Part shown: one piece after another, positions 1-10,379 of the stretch
Numbering within the stretch: the first letter of the stretch is position 1
How the letters are laid out: each line of letters starts with the position of its first letter
Assembly: GCA_963848155.1 (NCBI GenBank)
Contig: CAWKCL010000007.1
Coordinates: 1,201,443-1,265,442, forward strand
Source of the DNA: an uncultured delta proteobacterium
GTDB taxonomy: Bacteria; Desulfobacterota; Zymogenia; Zymogenales; Zymogenaceae
Length of the DNA stretch: 64,000 nt
Reading direction: 5' to 3'
Program-made: the position numbers and the translations under genes
The notes under the pieces: generated by a model
Seen by the model: the letters and a program-made list of their open reading frames with translations, nothing else
Told to the model about the DNA's origin: nothing
Database searches by the model: none

Positions 1-107
1 AATAGTTGGGGGAAGAGCCCAGTGAAGTGGGGCATTCATGATTCTCTATGGAATACGCCGGCCAACTCTATGCCTCTCCCGAAAAACAGCCGCCACGGCA
101 CTATTAC

Positions 108-1022
108 CTACAGCCCCTTCCTCCGCCAGATGACGATGATGCTGAGGACCGACGTTGCCGCCAGCCCGAGGATTATCCAGAAGGCATACGATAAATTGGA
201 CAGGGGGATCTTCACGTTCATCGAAAAGGCGCTGACCACAAGAGTCGGGACCATGATCGTGATCGTAATGAGCGTGAGCGTCTTCATGAGGACGTTGAGG
301 TTATTGGAGACGATGGAGGCCCGCGCATCCATCAGGCTTGCCAGAATGTTGGAGTAAATCTCCGCCTGCCGGTAACACTGGTTATTCTCGATGAGGGTGT
401 CGTCCAGAAGCTCCAGCTCCTCCTTCGAAAAGCCGATCTTATTTGCGTTGAGCTTGAGTTTCTCCAGCACCACGCCGTTGGAGTTGATGAAGTTGAGGTA
501 GTAGACAAGGCTCTTCTGCAGCGAGAAGAGGTTGATAAGGTACCGGTTCTCCATGGCCCGGTTGATCTTGTCCTGCAGCTCGTCCGAAATGGCAGAGATA
601 ACCTTGACGTGCCCAAGGAAATGGTTTATCGACCGGTTGATGAGCCGAAGCAATAAATACCCAGGGGTCGCCATTTTTATCTGCTGCATTCCATCCAGCA
701 GCGGAACGTTTTCCGATATCACGATCACGAGCCGATCTTTGAAGAGATAGGCGCCGGTGGAGGCGATTCTGAATAGGAACTCGTCCTTATGGCTATAGGG
801 CTCGGGCCGCTTGAAAATGATGGCGGCATGCTTGGGCTCGAATTCGAGGCGGGCCAACTCATCAGGGTCCAATGCGGAACCGAGCGTATGCTCATCGAGC
901 TTGAAATCATCAATAAGGTGCTTCTTTTCGCTCTCGTCGGGATTGATGTAGATGAATAGGAGGGCGTCATTCTCCTGTGTCTCTGTCAATTTGCCGCCGA
1001 TAACGTTATATTTCTTGAGCAT
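108..1022 (-). CDS. corA: CorA-family divalent cation (Mg2+/Co2+) transporter
   Basis: 304-aa ORF. Soluble N-terminal domain, then two C-terminal TM helices bracketing ...VSAFSMNVKIP... (a variant of the CorA GMN loop). Ends with a basic tail. Confidence 0.7.
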   Translation of the reverse strand: MLKKYNVIGGKLTETQENDALLFIYINPDESEKKHLIDDFKLDEHTLGSALDPDELARLEFEPKHAAIIFKRPEPYSHKDEFLFRIASTGAYLFKDRLVIVISENVPLLDGMQQIKMATPGYLLLRLINRSINHFLGHVKVISAISDELQDKINRAMENRYLINLFSLQKSLVYYLNFINSNGVVLEKLKLNANKIGFSKEELELLDDTLIENNQCYRQAEIYSNILASLMDARASIVSNNLNVLMKTLTLITITIMVPTLVVSAFSMNVKIPLSNLSYAFWIILGLAATSVLSIIVIWRRKGL

Positions 1023-1337
1023 GAGACGACCTCACAATAAAACGCCCCTCACGAAGGGGATTGGGTGAAAAAATGCGGGTGTCGGCGTAGAAATAGCAGC
1101 GTAACAGCTCTAAATATATATACCTCTTTTCGGCGTTTTGCAATAGTCTTGTTATGGTAAAACGTAATAATATTAAAGGAACTTAATTGAATTTATCTCT
1201 TTTCTCGTGACCCGAGACGATTGTCTCCCGCCTTCATTTGCCTTGACACGCACCGGTCACTTATCTATACTTGAGCGTAACAAAAGACAACACAACACCT
1301 CATATATACTCCAATCCAGATACCCAAGGAGGAACCT

Positions 1338-2060
1338 ATGTCTGTCGTAGAATGGAAGAAACAAGGGACCGTTGCCGTCGTCACGATGACTAACGGGGAA
1401 AACCGGCACAACGCCGTCTTCGTTGCCGATATGTCCGCGGCGCTGGACGCCATCGAAAAGGATAAGGAGCTTTCGTCGGTCGTTATCACCAGCAGTGACC
1501 CAAAGAACTGGTCCCAGGGCATCGACCTTACCTGGTTGACGGAGCGAATGGGAAAAAACGAGACGAAACAGATCAAGGAGTTCCTGTACGGGATCAACGG
1601 GATATTCAAGAGGCTCTTAACCTACCCGATGCCGGTGATCGCTGCCATTAACGGCCATGCGGTAGCCAACGGGGCGATCCTGTCATGCGCCTGCGATTTT
1701 CGCTTCATGCGCGCCGATAGAGGTTTTTTCTTCTTTCCCGAGATCGATATCGGCATCCCGTTTTTGCCGGGGATGGTCGCCTTCAGCAGGAAAGCCATCC
1801 CTGAGTATAAATTTAACGAAATGCTCCTTTCCGGCAAGCGCTACGGCGCGGCTGAGCTCGAGGCGCATCACGTCATCGTCAAGGCCTGCGAGAACCAGGA
1901 GGCCCTGATAGCCGAGGCGATGGCCTTCGCGGGAACCTATCAGAAGAAACGCGGGATATTTGCCGAGATGAAGAGGCGAATGTATAAGGAGATGGTTCGG
2001 GTAATCGATACGGAGGACCCGCCGATCATAGAAAAGCTGACGCTCATGGTAGGGGATTGA
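1338..2060 (+). CDS. enoyl-CoA hydratase/isomerase (crotonase) family protein
   Basis: 240 aa. Crotonase-fold signature region ...AINGHAVANGAILSCACDFRFM... SD-like aaggagg immediately upstream of the ATG. Confidence 0.75.
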   Translation: MSVVEWKKQGTVAVVTMTNGENRHNAVFVADMSAALDAIEKDKELSSVVITSSDPKNWSQGIDLTWLTERMGKNETKQIKEFLYGINGIFKRLLTYPMPVIAAINGHAVANGAILSCACDFRFMRADRGFFFFPEIDIGIPFLPGMVAFSRKAIPEYKFNEMLLSGKRYGAAELEAHHVIVKACENQEALIAEAMAFAGTYQKKRGIFAEMKRRMYKEMVRVIDTEDPPIIEKLTLMVGD

Positions 2061-2117
2061 TTACCTTTTGACGGCCACTATACAATAATTCAACGGCGCG
2101 GTTGCTACCGCGCCGTT

Positions 2118-2549
2118 TTAATAGAACAGGCCGCCGAGTATCCCGAGGAGCAGGATAATAGCTCCAGCCGTACCCATATCTTTCCTTAGGGCGTCGGTAA
2201 AGCTCTCGCGACGGTAGTTCTCAAGAAATGCGCTGATCTTATTATCCTGAATCCTCCTGATAATCCCGTCCCTGATCGCTTTCCTGTAGGCATCCGGCGT
2301 GAGCTCATATAGATCCGTGGTTTCGTTATAGAGTATTTTCTCTGAATCTACCGGCTGTTCCAGCGACAATTCAGTAATCATTGCATCGACGTCGGCCTCA
2401 GTAATAAGAAGATCATCGCTTGAACTGTTGTGATGAATGATCCACGACGCGGAGGAACATCCGCCTGCTATCACTAACAGACAGATCAGGCAACTCAATA
2501 TCATAGCCATTTTACACATAGAATAAATTTGTTTGTTTATTCTCCCCAT
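2118..2549 (-). CDS. lipoprotein (lipobox LVIAGGC) with C-terminal hydrophobic segment; possible o-spanin-like lysis accessory
   Basis: Signal peptide plus lipobox, then a C-terminal TM-like stretch. Last gene of the minus-strand holin/endolysin cassette. Confidence 0.35.
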   Translation of the reverse strand: MGRINKQIYSMCKMAMILSCLICLLVIAGGCSSASWIIHHNSSSDDLLITEADVDAMITELSLEQPVDSEKILYNETTDLYELTPDAYRKAIRDGIIRRIQDNKISAFLENYRRESFTDALRKDMGTAGAIILLLGILGGLFY

Positions 2550-2770
2550 AGATTTACCCCTATCCTTGTCAGCTCTTCGGAGCCCTTTTCTTTTAATCTC
2601 GCGGGAATGTACTCTCGTGTTACCTGTTCCTGGGCCTGAAGGCTCCGAGTAGAAACCTGTTTTTGTGTCAGAGTGTCTTCCCGGTATCTCTGAATACCCC
2701 AGAGCATTATAAGCGCCCAGAAGATTATGATAATGGTAATAAAGAGGATCCTCTTTTTAGTCAGTATCAT
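2537..2770 (-). CDS. small membrane protein with N-terminal TM; possible i-spanin-like
   Basis: 77 aa. One N-terminal TM helix, then a charged coil-like tail. Overlaps its neighbours in an operon-like way. Confidence 0.3.
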   Translation of the reverse strand: MILTKKRILFITIIIIFWALIMLWGIQRYREDTLTQKQVSTRSLQAQEQVTREYIPARLKEKGSEELTRIGVNLWGE

Positions 2771-2951
2771 ATTTCACCTCCACTTCCTTTCCCTTCTTCC
2801 CATCAACTAACTTAGTTAGAACGTTTGCACCCATATACGCGGCGAAAATGAGCGCCAGGTTGAAATCAAACCGGCCCGTCCAGACATATACTATGCATGC
2901 CAGCACGAGGGCAAGGAACTTGCGCCCTCCGATAGCCTCCCATATCTTCAT
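2757..2951 (-). CDS. putative holin (small, one to two TM helices, charged C-terminus)
   Basis: 64 aa. Hydrophobic core ...FLALVLACIVYVW... and a lysine-rich C-terminus. 4-nt ATGA overlap with the endolysin gene. Confidence 0.4.
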   Translation of the reverse strand: MKIWEAIGGRKFLALVLACIVYVWTGRFDFNLALIFAAYMGANVLTKLVDGKKGKEVEVKYDTD

Positions 2952-3394
2952 ACTACCGCCTCGTATGCATTATCCCATGATACATAGACCTGCTTTCCCT
3001 TCCGTGCTACCGCGCCCCAGCGGGCGAATGTTCCCCGAGTATCAAGATGAAACCCGGACTGCGCCCAATGGGGATAGATCCCGAGCCCTATGTTACCAGC
3101 CACCCCGATACCCCTCGGAGGTGCCGATATAAACCCTTCCATCAGCCCGACGGCATCCTTAAACGGTATATCTTCTATCCAGAAGTCAACGGCCTTGCCG
3201 ACGTAGTGTTGTGATGTCGCCGAGTGTCCCGTCCCCGGACTCCATGCCGACGTGATATGAATCGGTGAGCAAAACAGGTCGCGTATTGTGTCGATAAGAA
3301 AGACAATCGACTGCTCCATCATGGAGGGATTCGGGGAAAATTCCTGTGCCTTGAAATACTTGACCCGTTGCCAATCTTGATCTCGCATCTTCAT
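2948..3394 (-). CDS. phage endolysin, peptidase M15 family (L-Ala-D-Glu / D-Ala-D-Ala peptidase type)
   Basis: 148 aa. ...YFKAQEF...HITSAWSP...HS...SQHYVGKAVDF...SGFHLD... matches the Zn-binding H..D...H arrangement of M15 peptidases. Confidence 0.65.
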   Translation of the reverse strand: MKMRDQDWQRVKYFKAQEFSPNPSMMEQSIVFLIDTIRDLFCSPIHITSAWSPGTGHSATSQHYVGKAVDFWIEDIPFKDAVGLMEGFISAPPRGIGVAGNIGLGIYPHWAQSGFHLDTRGTFARWGAVARKGKQVYVSWDNAYEAVV

Positions 3395-3397
3395 GGC

Positions 3398-3619
3398 TTA
3401 TCCCTGAATATCATTACTAGAAACGGTCGCAAGCGACGGGACCGCTCCGGCCAAAAATCCCCACATCCCGGCCTTGACTTTGAGCATGGCGAGATCAACG
3501 ACGTTGCAGTCCACCTTTTTTTCAAGGTCGTCAATCCGGCGTAGTATGTCCCCCGTCCGTTCGATCATCATGCCCTGAAACCGCGCCTGTGTGATCTGTT
3601 CTCCGTTGCCGTCCATCAT
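3398..3619 (-). CDS. small hypothetical protein in the phage tail/lysis operon
   Basis: 73 aa. 4-nt overlap with the upstream gene. C-terminal hydrophobic stretch. Confidence 0.3.
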   Translation of the reverse strand: MMDGNGEQITQARFQGMMIERTGDILRRIDDLEKKVDCNVVDLAMLKVKAGMWGFLAGAVPSLATVSSNDIQG

Positions 3620-3888
3620 CGATACACCTGCCTTGTTGTCGTCGCGCCGATCTTCGTTGTTTTCCCCGCTATCTCCGCCTGTCTCTTATCCCCCGAGAGA
3701 TACCTGATCGATACATAGTCATTGGCGGTATAGTTCACCCCCGATGCCGAATAGACCATGATCCGGCGCCCGCTGGTAAGCTCCACCAGGTGCCGCCCCT
3801 CGCCGTCCACGGATATCACCTTTGCCGTGGCGCAGTTATTGACCTGGGCGGCCCGCGCCGCCCGCGCAATGTATGTTTTCAGGCTCAT
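3616..3888 (-). CDS. hypothetical phage structural-module protein
   Basis: 90 aa. Translationally coupled (4-nt overlaps) on both sides. Confidence 0.3.
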   Translation of the reverse strand: MSLKTYIARAARAAQVNNCATAKVISVDGEGRHLVELTSGRRIMVYSASGVNYTANDYVSIRYLSGDKRQAEIAGKTTKIGATTTRQVYR

Positions 3889-4259
3889 TCAAACGCCTCG
3901 TACTTTTCGAGCGTCAGCGTGATCTTCGTCCCCTTGTCGTTCCCGCTCAAAGACACGCCCTGGATATAGAGTACCTGGTTGATCAGTCCAACCTCGGGAC
4001 ACGTCACCTTGATATGCTTTCCCACTTCAAGCAGATACCCGTTCGCGGGATACGGCATCGATACGGTATAGGAATCGATGATCTTCCATGCCTTGTTAAG
4101 CTCCGCATACCCCCGGTTGATCGCATCGGCCTCGGTGATGATAAGGGAGTCCGTCACCGCGTCAAGCGGTCTGGAACCGTCCCCGTAATGGCAGGATACG
4201 CTTATCATGTGCTCTCCCAGTAGTAGGGTACTTTGACCTTGACCTGTATCGGTGACCAT
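3885..4259 (-). CDS. hypothetical phage structural protein
   Basis: 124 aa. Operon position between fibre-like genes and the lysis genes. Confidence 0.3.
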   Translation of the reverse strand: MVTDTGQGQSTLLLGEHMISVSCHYGDGSRPLDAVTDSLIITEADAINRGYAELNKAWKIIDSYTVSMPYPANGYLLEVGKHIKVTCPEVGLINQVLYIQGVSLSGNDKGTKITLTLEKYEAFE

Positions 4260-4603
4260 TTCGTGACGCAGGTATCGGAGTCATCGTTTGTCACGTTTGA
4301 ATTGGTGATGCTCCCCGGTATCGTGATCGAGGCCGTCTTTGTCGTGTATCCCGTTTTCGTCAGCGTCGCGACCCCCGTTATGCCCGGCTGCCCCTTCGAG
4401 AACGTCAGGATACCATTGACGTTGGTATATCCGGTCTCGGTATCGTCGCCCCACGCGATAGAATAGTAGGCGTTTTCTATCACCGCATCGGTGTTTGCGT
4501 CCTTGACGATCCTCGACCCCGATACGTAGGTCTTGCCCGTGTTGTCCTGGTTCGTGGTGTCGGAACCGGCCGCCGGAAGCTCCTGAAGCGCCTGTACGGT
4601 CAT
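4205..4603 (-). CDS. Thr/Ser-rich beta-rich phage structural protein (fibre/receptor-binding-like)
   Basis: 132 aa. T/S/G/N-rich composition typical of tail fibre tips. Confidence 0.3.
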   Translation of the reverse strand: MTVQALQELPAAGSDTTNQDNTGKTYVSGSRIVKDANTDAVIENAYYSIAWGDDTETGYTNVNGILTFSKGQPGITGVATLTKTGYTTKTASITIPGSITNSNVTNDDSDTCVTKWSPIQVKVKVPYYWEST

Positions 4604-4693
4604 GCCTAAATAGGTTATCCAGTGCGTACCCGTTTCATACGCAACGTCCCACTCTACCCCGCTGAAGCCCTGCGGCAGATTTCAAAGACGGCC

Positions 4694-5653
4694 TTACTGG
4701 TCTCGAATCTCGCCCGTCTTGCCGAGCGGACAATAGACCCCGGCAGTGAACCGATGTCTGCCGTCGGAGTTAACGGCCGGCTGCGCCTTTCCCGAAATCG
4801 TAATCCAGCGGGTGATTCGGTCTGCCCCGCCGGCGCCACCACCGCGCCGCTCCCGCCGCTCCCATACGGGCTTTCGATGGTGATGAAGGCCGACCCCACT
4901 TCCCCCCCGCATTGCGCGACGATCATGTTCTGTATCGAGGTCGTCGGGACCGTCCCGGTATGCCGGATAGGAGAACGTCGTGGTGGCTATCCCGGTGCAG
5001 TCATACGTTACCTGAATCGGCGTGACCGAGCTCGGTAATGGGGTTGCCAGCGTGATGGTATTGCCGTCCACCGTGGCCCTGGACGCATAGTTCACGCCGG
5101 TATAGGGTAAGCCGTTCTCATACCGATAGATCGAGGTCAAGGAGCTGATCTGGTATTGCGTGGATACCTCGATTTCGGATACGGGGTAGATCGGGTTGTA
5201 CTGCCCGTTTTCAATCCCCCCGTCGGTGATGGATACGGTCGTGGTCGTGGCCGTCGTCGGGGTAACGACACCTGCGTAGTCTATGAGCTGATCATGCCCG
5301 ATGACCCGTATATCGACGTATAGCCCGTTGTCGGCGGGGTATCCGTCGGAATCAAGCACCTGTATCTTGACCGTCGAGGTCTCGCCGATTGACACGGAAG
5401 AAGGGTCGCAGCTCACGTCCACCTGCCCCACCCGTGGGTCTGCTATCGTCACGGTGAGCTGGGCCGTCTGCGCGTCGAGGTAATCAGCTGATACTATCGC
5501 GTACCCCCCTCCCCCGGATGATGCCCGCAGCGTCGCCTCGGCCCGTCCGTTCTTGACCAGTACTTCCGTCGGAGAGATATCGGCGTATGCGTCCACCGAG
5601 AAGGTGACGGTGTTGCCTCCGTAGTAGGTGACAAGGTAGGTCGTGTCGGCCAT
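4694..5653 (-). CDS. phage tail fibre/Ig-like repeat structural protein
   Basis: 319 aa. T/S/V-rich beta-strand-like segments (...VTPTTATTTTVSITDGGIENGQY...). The C-terminal tail of the ORF is probably a frame artefact. Confidence 0.35.
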   Translation of the reverse strand: MADTTYLVTYYGGNTVTFSVDAYADISPTEVLVKNGRAEATLRASSGGGGYAIVSADYLDAQTAQLTVTIADPRVGQVDVSCDPSSVSIGETSTVKIQVLDSDGYPADNGLYVDIRVIGHDQLIDYAGVVTPTTATTTTVSITDGGIENGQYNPIYPVSEIEVSTQYQISSLTSIYRYENGLPYTGVNYASRATVDGNTITLATPLPSSVTPIQVTYDCTGIATTTFSYPAYRDGPDDLDTEHDRRAMRGGSGVGLHHHRKPVWERRERRGGGAGGADRITRWITISGKAQPAVNSDGRHRFTAGVYCPLGKTGEIRDQ

Positions 5654-5690
5654 CGCCGTTCCAACGCGGATCGTGCGGGCGTCGATGATC

Positions 5691-6565
5691 TCATAGGGAC
5701 CCGCGACGACCGATGAGATCAGACTGCTTGACGATCGAGACGACCCCGCCCTCCGTGTCGATCATGTAGGTCGTGGAGATTTCGTAGTGGTCGTTGGTCG
5801 CCGGGGTCTGTTCCTCGTCGGTCTGCAATGTGACATCGGGTATCGTCATGTCCTCGTTCCGGCAGGTCGCGGTGATGGTGCAGGAGTCATAGCCGTTGGA
5901 TTTGAGCTTGTACTTCGATGCCTCGATGCTGAAATCTGCGCCCACCCGTCGGTGATCGAGGTATCCATGAACCCCTCTACCGTGACCTGATTTTCGCCGT
6001 TCGGGACCGTCCGGGATTGAGAGATGGATACGATATCGCCCGAGGAAATGGACACGACCGGGGTCTTCCCGGCGGTCTCAAAGTCCTTATACGCGCACAC
6101 GAGGTTATCCGAGCGGTCGGTATAGACCAGTCCCCCCCCGGCCTCGACGATCTTCTTGATGACCGATATCGGGGGTTCGTCGTCACAGGCTAAAGCCCCG
6201 ATAGGAAGGGGAGCGTCAGGGATGCCCCACGTGGTCGTCAGGCTCTTTGCCGTGGCAAGGGCGCTCACCACCGCGTATTTGCCCGTCGCCTCGTCATAGA
6301 GCGTCTGTAGCCTTTCGGAAAACGGGATATCGAGCAGGGCAGTCATTGACCTGCCCGAGAGGGTGCAGGAATAGGACTTATGGGCGGCGTTCTCGGATTT
6401 GTTTTCGATCAGGAACTCACCTAAAGAATACCCGTTCGCGTCTATGATATCTATCCGGGCGGTGTCGAAGTCCGAATCCGAAAACTTCCGGGTCTGGATA
6501 GACTGCGCGTATGCCCGGTCTTTCACGGTTACGGAAACGGTCTTTGCAAAACGTCTGGTCGTCAT
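5691..6565 (-). CDS. phage structural protein (baseplate/tail-associated candidate); apparent frameshift joins two ORFs
   Basis: 239-aa plus 84-aa overlapping same-strand ORFs. Confidence 0.3.
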
Positions 6566-8850
6566 AGTCGATAGACCAATCCGTGACTTTACTCGATACG
6601 TCCGCGCCGTCGATCTCGACCGTGGCCTGGTTGGATAAGTTGCTTACCCTTGATGTTTACCGTCTGCCATGACCCGTCAAGGTAGATAAGCTGCCCCTCG
6701 ACCCCGATATTGTTCAAGAGGGTGAAGTATCACGGTACGGCGTGTGGTCGAGGATAGAGTTCTTGATGGTGAACGAATCCCGGTAGTTTGTCGTCAGGTT
6801 ATTGAGTATCGTCAGTATCGGGGATTTCTTGTAGGCCTTCGTCAGGCAGTTTCTTATCGAGAAGCGGTTGCGGTGCGATGATGTCCTCGACGTAGAGAGA
6901 ATCGAGAATAAGCTGGCCGTAGGTCGGTCAGCAATTTCTGGATCGCCTAACCATCCAATAGATAATCTTTGGTTGTCCCCCGCCGCACTGTGCCGGTCTC
7001 GCTGATTTCGGGACCGTCATGCGCATATAGAGAGAATCTGTGTACCGGGATTCCACGTTACAGTAAGAGTGTAAGTGGTATTGACCGCGATTGATATTCC
7101 TAACATAGTCCGTAGAATCGACGGTCCACGCGTTTGTCGCCCATCATAACAATAGGGCCGTTCCCGCCGTATCGTAATAAACTCCATCGCTCATAATATG
7201 TTCCGCCATTGTTATAATTGATAACAAAAAGATAAGCGTGCCGATTGAATCAATTACAGGGGCTGTGGCGGAATCGGCAAGTGGCACACTGGGTAAATCG
7301 CAATCTCCATCGGAGCGATGTAAGTGGTAACTAATTGTATACGAGAATCGAAATCTTGATTGGCTCCTGATAGTTCGGCCTTGGTAATGGCATCCGACAC
7401 GATCATCGCCGCATCTGTGTTCGCAAAGGTCTTTATATAGCCATAGGTCCCATCTTGATAGACAGTACCGTTTCCGTCAGCATCAGTATTGATGCCCTTC
7501 CTGAAATTCATTGTTGGGTAGATTGAAGTATTCTTTTAAAAAAAAGCTCATTTGGCAAATACCGCAAACGTCAATAGCGCCCGCATTATTCGCCGGGTCG
7601 GAATCGTGCATCCCATAGGAAAGAACCCCATCATCGCCCAAATCAAGAACCGTATGAGCTCCCGCCCACACGTTTTCCGCTTCCGCCTGCGTGGTAAATG
7701 TGATATAGTTGCTTTCCAACGATCCCGCCCGGCCCACACGTCGCAAAGTCACCAGCCGTTTTAAACCCGAGCGTCCCGAGAAAGATATTCCCAGCCGGTA
7801 CGTTATCATTGTAGAAACCGCTTCACACCGACGACTTTAACCGTCCTTTTACCAGATGATGGATGATACTGCTAATCCCATAACTCCCCGGCGATTCGTT
7901 CCAGTCGTACTCGCCGAACTTGCGGGCCATGAAAATATCCCGATCAACTCCCATCCCGTTTCATCCGCATCAATCGGGGTCATGTAGATAATCCCGGTCA
8001 GTTCCGGCAGGGGTTCCATGTAGATAACTCCCGTCATTCGCCGGGAGGGGGTCATGTAGATGGTGTCGTCAGGCATTACGCCGTTTCCCCATCCAAGGTG
8101 AAGGTACACTTGTTCCCGTCATAAGCCGCCGTAGAGGCAGGCACGACCCTTTAAACCACACCCCCTTTGCCGACGGGGTGGTCGTGAATACTATCGTATC
8201 CCCATTGGCCCACGTCCCGCCCCAACAGGTAGCGGGGATTGAGAAGTAATAAGACCCCCAGTGCGCGGGTGTGAAGGCCGCCGCCGTCGTACCTGCTCCC
8301 AAAGAACCTCGGTAGCACCGGAGACCGTGAAGTTTGTCGCGTCCGAGAAGGTTACGGTGAAGGTGTCGCGGCAGGCCCCGAGGTCATAGTCCACGATGTT
8401 GTCGGTAAACGTCCCCAGCGGTCGTCCCGCCCCAGCACGAGGTCGGAATCGAGAAGTAATAACGACCCCCAGTGCGCGGGCGTGAAGGCAGTGCCTATGG
8501 TCCCTGGCTCCTAAAGACCCTCTCCGTAGCCCCGCAACCGTGAAGTTGGTTGCGTCGCTGAGAAGGTCACGGTGAAGGTATCGTAGCAAGCACCGAGGTC
8601 ATAGTTCACAATGTTATCCGTAAACGTCCCGAGATGGCGAGGTCTTTACCGGCGTTGAATGAGAAGCCGCGATCGTCCCGAGTTCCAGCACCCCGGCTAC
8701 CACCGTCCCCGTAGTCCCATAATGAACGGAGTTATCAAGGCCAAGCTCCGTGTCGGCCGTGGAGTCGGAAAGTACCTGTATCGAGTTTTCGGCGTAGTAG
8801 TCGTCAGTCGCTATCTCAACCTTCGTACCGGCCAGGCGGAGGCCGTACAC
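6566..8850 (-). pseudogene. fragmented phage structural gene(s)
   Basis: Six or more short same-strand ORFs (7254-8850), plus ~0.7 kb (6566-7253) with no ORF. Coding-like composition. Contains a ~211-bp tandem duplication. Confidence 0.3.
8213..8634. repeat. ~2 tandem copies of a ~211-bp unit inside the fragmented structural gene
   Basis: Unit 1 starts gtcccgccccaacaggtagcggggattgagaagtaataagacccccagtgcgcgggtgtgaaggc. Unit 2 starts gtcccgccccagcacgaggtcggaatcgagaagtaataacgacccccagtgcgcgggcgtgaaggc. The 211-bp period is not a multiple of 3, so the copies fall in different frames. Confidence 0.6.
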
Positions 8851-9763
8851 CCCGTCGTAGCGTCATTGATCGACCGTGGCGACCTGGGCCGCGGTCATGT
8901 CCATCGGCAGAAAAGGTCACGGTCTGCGAAGTCCCCCCGTTGACTTGAATAACCAGCGTGAGCCCGTTAAGATCAAACGTCTCGTCCTCTGTCCCCGTCA
9001 CCATACCCTTCGTCTTTACCGCGTGGTTCGAGACGCAGGCGGTGGAGATGGTGAGCGTCCCTTCCGTCCCGGCCCATGAGGCCGCCGTGACAAGGCAGTA
9101 TTCAATCGTCGGCGGAGTAGAAACGTCCCAGTCTATGAGGGCGATATACTGACCCGGCAGGACACACGCCGTTACCTCAAAATCGGCCACGACGGAAGTA
9201 TCCGCCCCACCCGTGAGCGCGGTATTAAGGTCTCCCGAGCCGGTGTACCAGGTATGCACGATGTCGGTTGTCGCAGGGTCGGAACCGCGTATCATCGTAG
9301 AAATCGTGGAATGGGTCGTGTCGATATATGTCGCTACGGCAGCAATCCCCCGGAAGGCCCCGGCAGCCGTTGTAAAAAGCAGGAGAGTCCCCGGCGCGAG
9401 CGCGGCCTGCGCCGCACCTAACGTGATCTGCCGGGTTGGTAATGACCATGTAATAGTGGTATTCCATCCGATATCATCTGCCGTCAGCTGCGTATCATCA
9501 TCGCCGCCTCTCGTGATGGCGAAATAGTCCCCGGCGGTAGAAAGGCGGTCGATCATAAACTTGGCATTTGTCAGGGTCCCGGAAAGTTTCTTCAGGAACG
9601 CCTTTCTGTACCTCGTCAGCCCCGCCGTCCGCTGCGCCTCGGTGACGTGGGGAAAGAGGTTTTCGGCGGCGTTATCGACGACGGCATTATTCGTGATAAC
9701 ACCGCCGTTTCCCGCCTCGTCCGAAATGACAGAGGATTTATAAAGTCCGGTTGTTGCGCTCAC
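8816..9763 (-). CDS. phage structural protein (tail tube/sheath-like candidate)
   Basis: 315 aa. Beta-rich T/G/A-rich sequence. Sits in the structural operon. Confidence 0.3.
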   Translation of the reverse strand: MSATTGLYKSSVISDEAGNGGVITNNAVVDNAAENLFPHVTEAQRTAGLTRYRKAFLKKLSGTLTNAKFMIDRLSTAGDYFAITRGGDDDTQLTADDIGWNTTITWSLPTRQITLGAAQAALAPGTLLLFTTAAGAFRGIAAVATYIDTTHSTISTMIRGSDPATTDIVHTWYTGSGDLNTALTGGADTSVVADFEVTACVLPGQYIALIDWDVSTPPTIEYCLVTAASWAGTEGTLTISTACVSNHAVKTKGMVTGTEDETFDLNGLTLVIQVNGGTSQTVTFSADGHDRGPGRHGRSMTLRRGVRPPPGRYEG

Positions 9764-9839
9764 TTTGCACTCCTATCCGTTCGTACGGCCCACCATAAGA
9801 CGATGAACCGGGCAAGAAGGGTTGATACGTTCAGTTCGT

Positions 9840-10229
9840 TCATCCCACGCACATCAGGTAAATGGTGCCGTACCACCAGTCGTCATCACCGGGATTCGAG
9901 AGCGTCAGTAATGTCTCCATCTGTATCGCCCCGCCGGATTGCTCATTACGGAAGCGGACGGTGTAACTCGTTCCGTTGAGCGTGAGCGTATAGTAAGCCC
10001 CCACGACTGCCGAGAGTGCCCTGAGTGATGTAACGGTAGACCCAAGTACCCATCCGGTTTCTTTGGTAGATTGCAGGGTGATGGGGTAACGCTGTTCCCG
10101 CTTATGAGACCGGACAATTTCAGTACCGTCAATTGCTGTCGCTGTTTCGGTACATACGTCGCTTTGTCGGTTTCTGTCAATCCAAAGAGGAGTACTATCG
10201 AGAGATATGCCGCCAATACTACAGCTCAC
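9840..10229 (-). CDS. hypothetical phage structural protein
   Basis: 129 aa. Operon position. Confidence 0.25.
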   Translation of the reverse strand: MSCSIGGISLDSTPLWIDRNRQSDVCTETATAIDGTEIVRSHKREQRYPITLQSTKETGWVLGSTVTSLRALSAVVGAYYTLTLNGTSYTVRFRNEQSGGAIQMETLLTLSNPGDDDWWYGTIYLMCVG

Positions 10230-10379
10230 TACTCACCTTCCTTCCCCACCAGGATATCGTAAAGCCTCATCAACGCGTTCATAGTGCATATGATACATAG
10301 ACTCTCAGTCCTTGCTCTTATGAAAGTATGACATAGAAGGATACTAGTAATTCAATCGATGAATTACGAAATGCGTACG

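Noticed and set aside
8213-8634. Tandem repeats considered as a possible CRISPR array; same question for the 41.2-43.8 kb array
   Set aside because: Periods of 211 bp and 861 bp with coding content. There is no short repeat/spacer alternation, and no cas genes are present.
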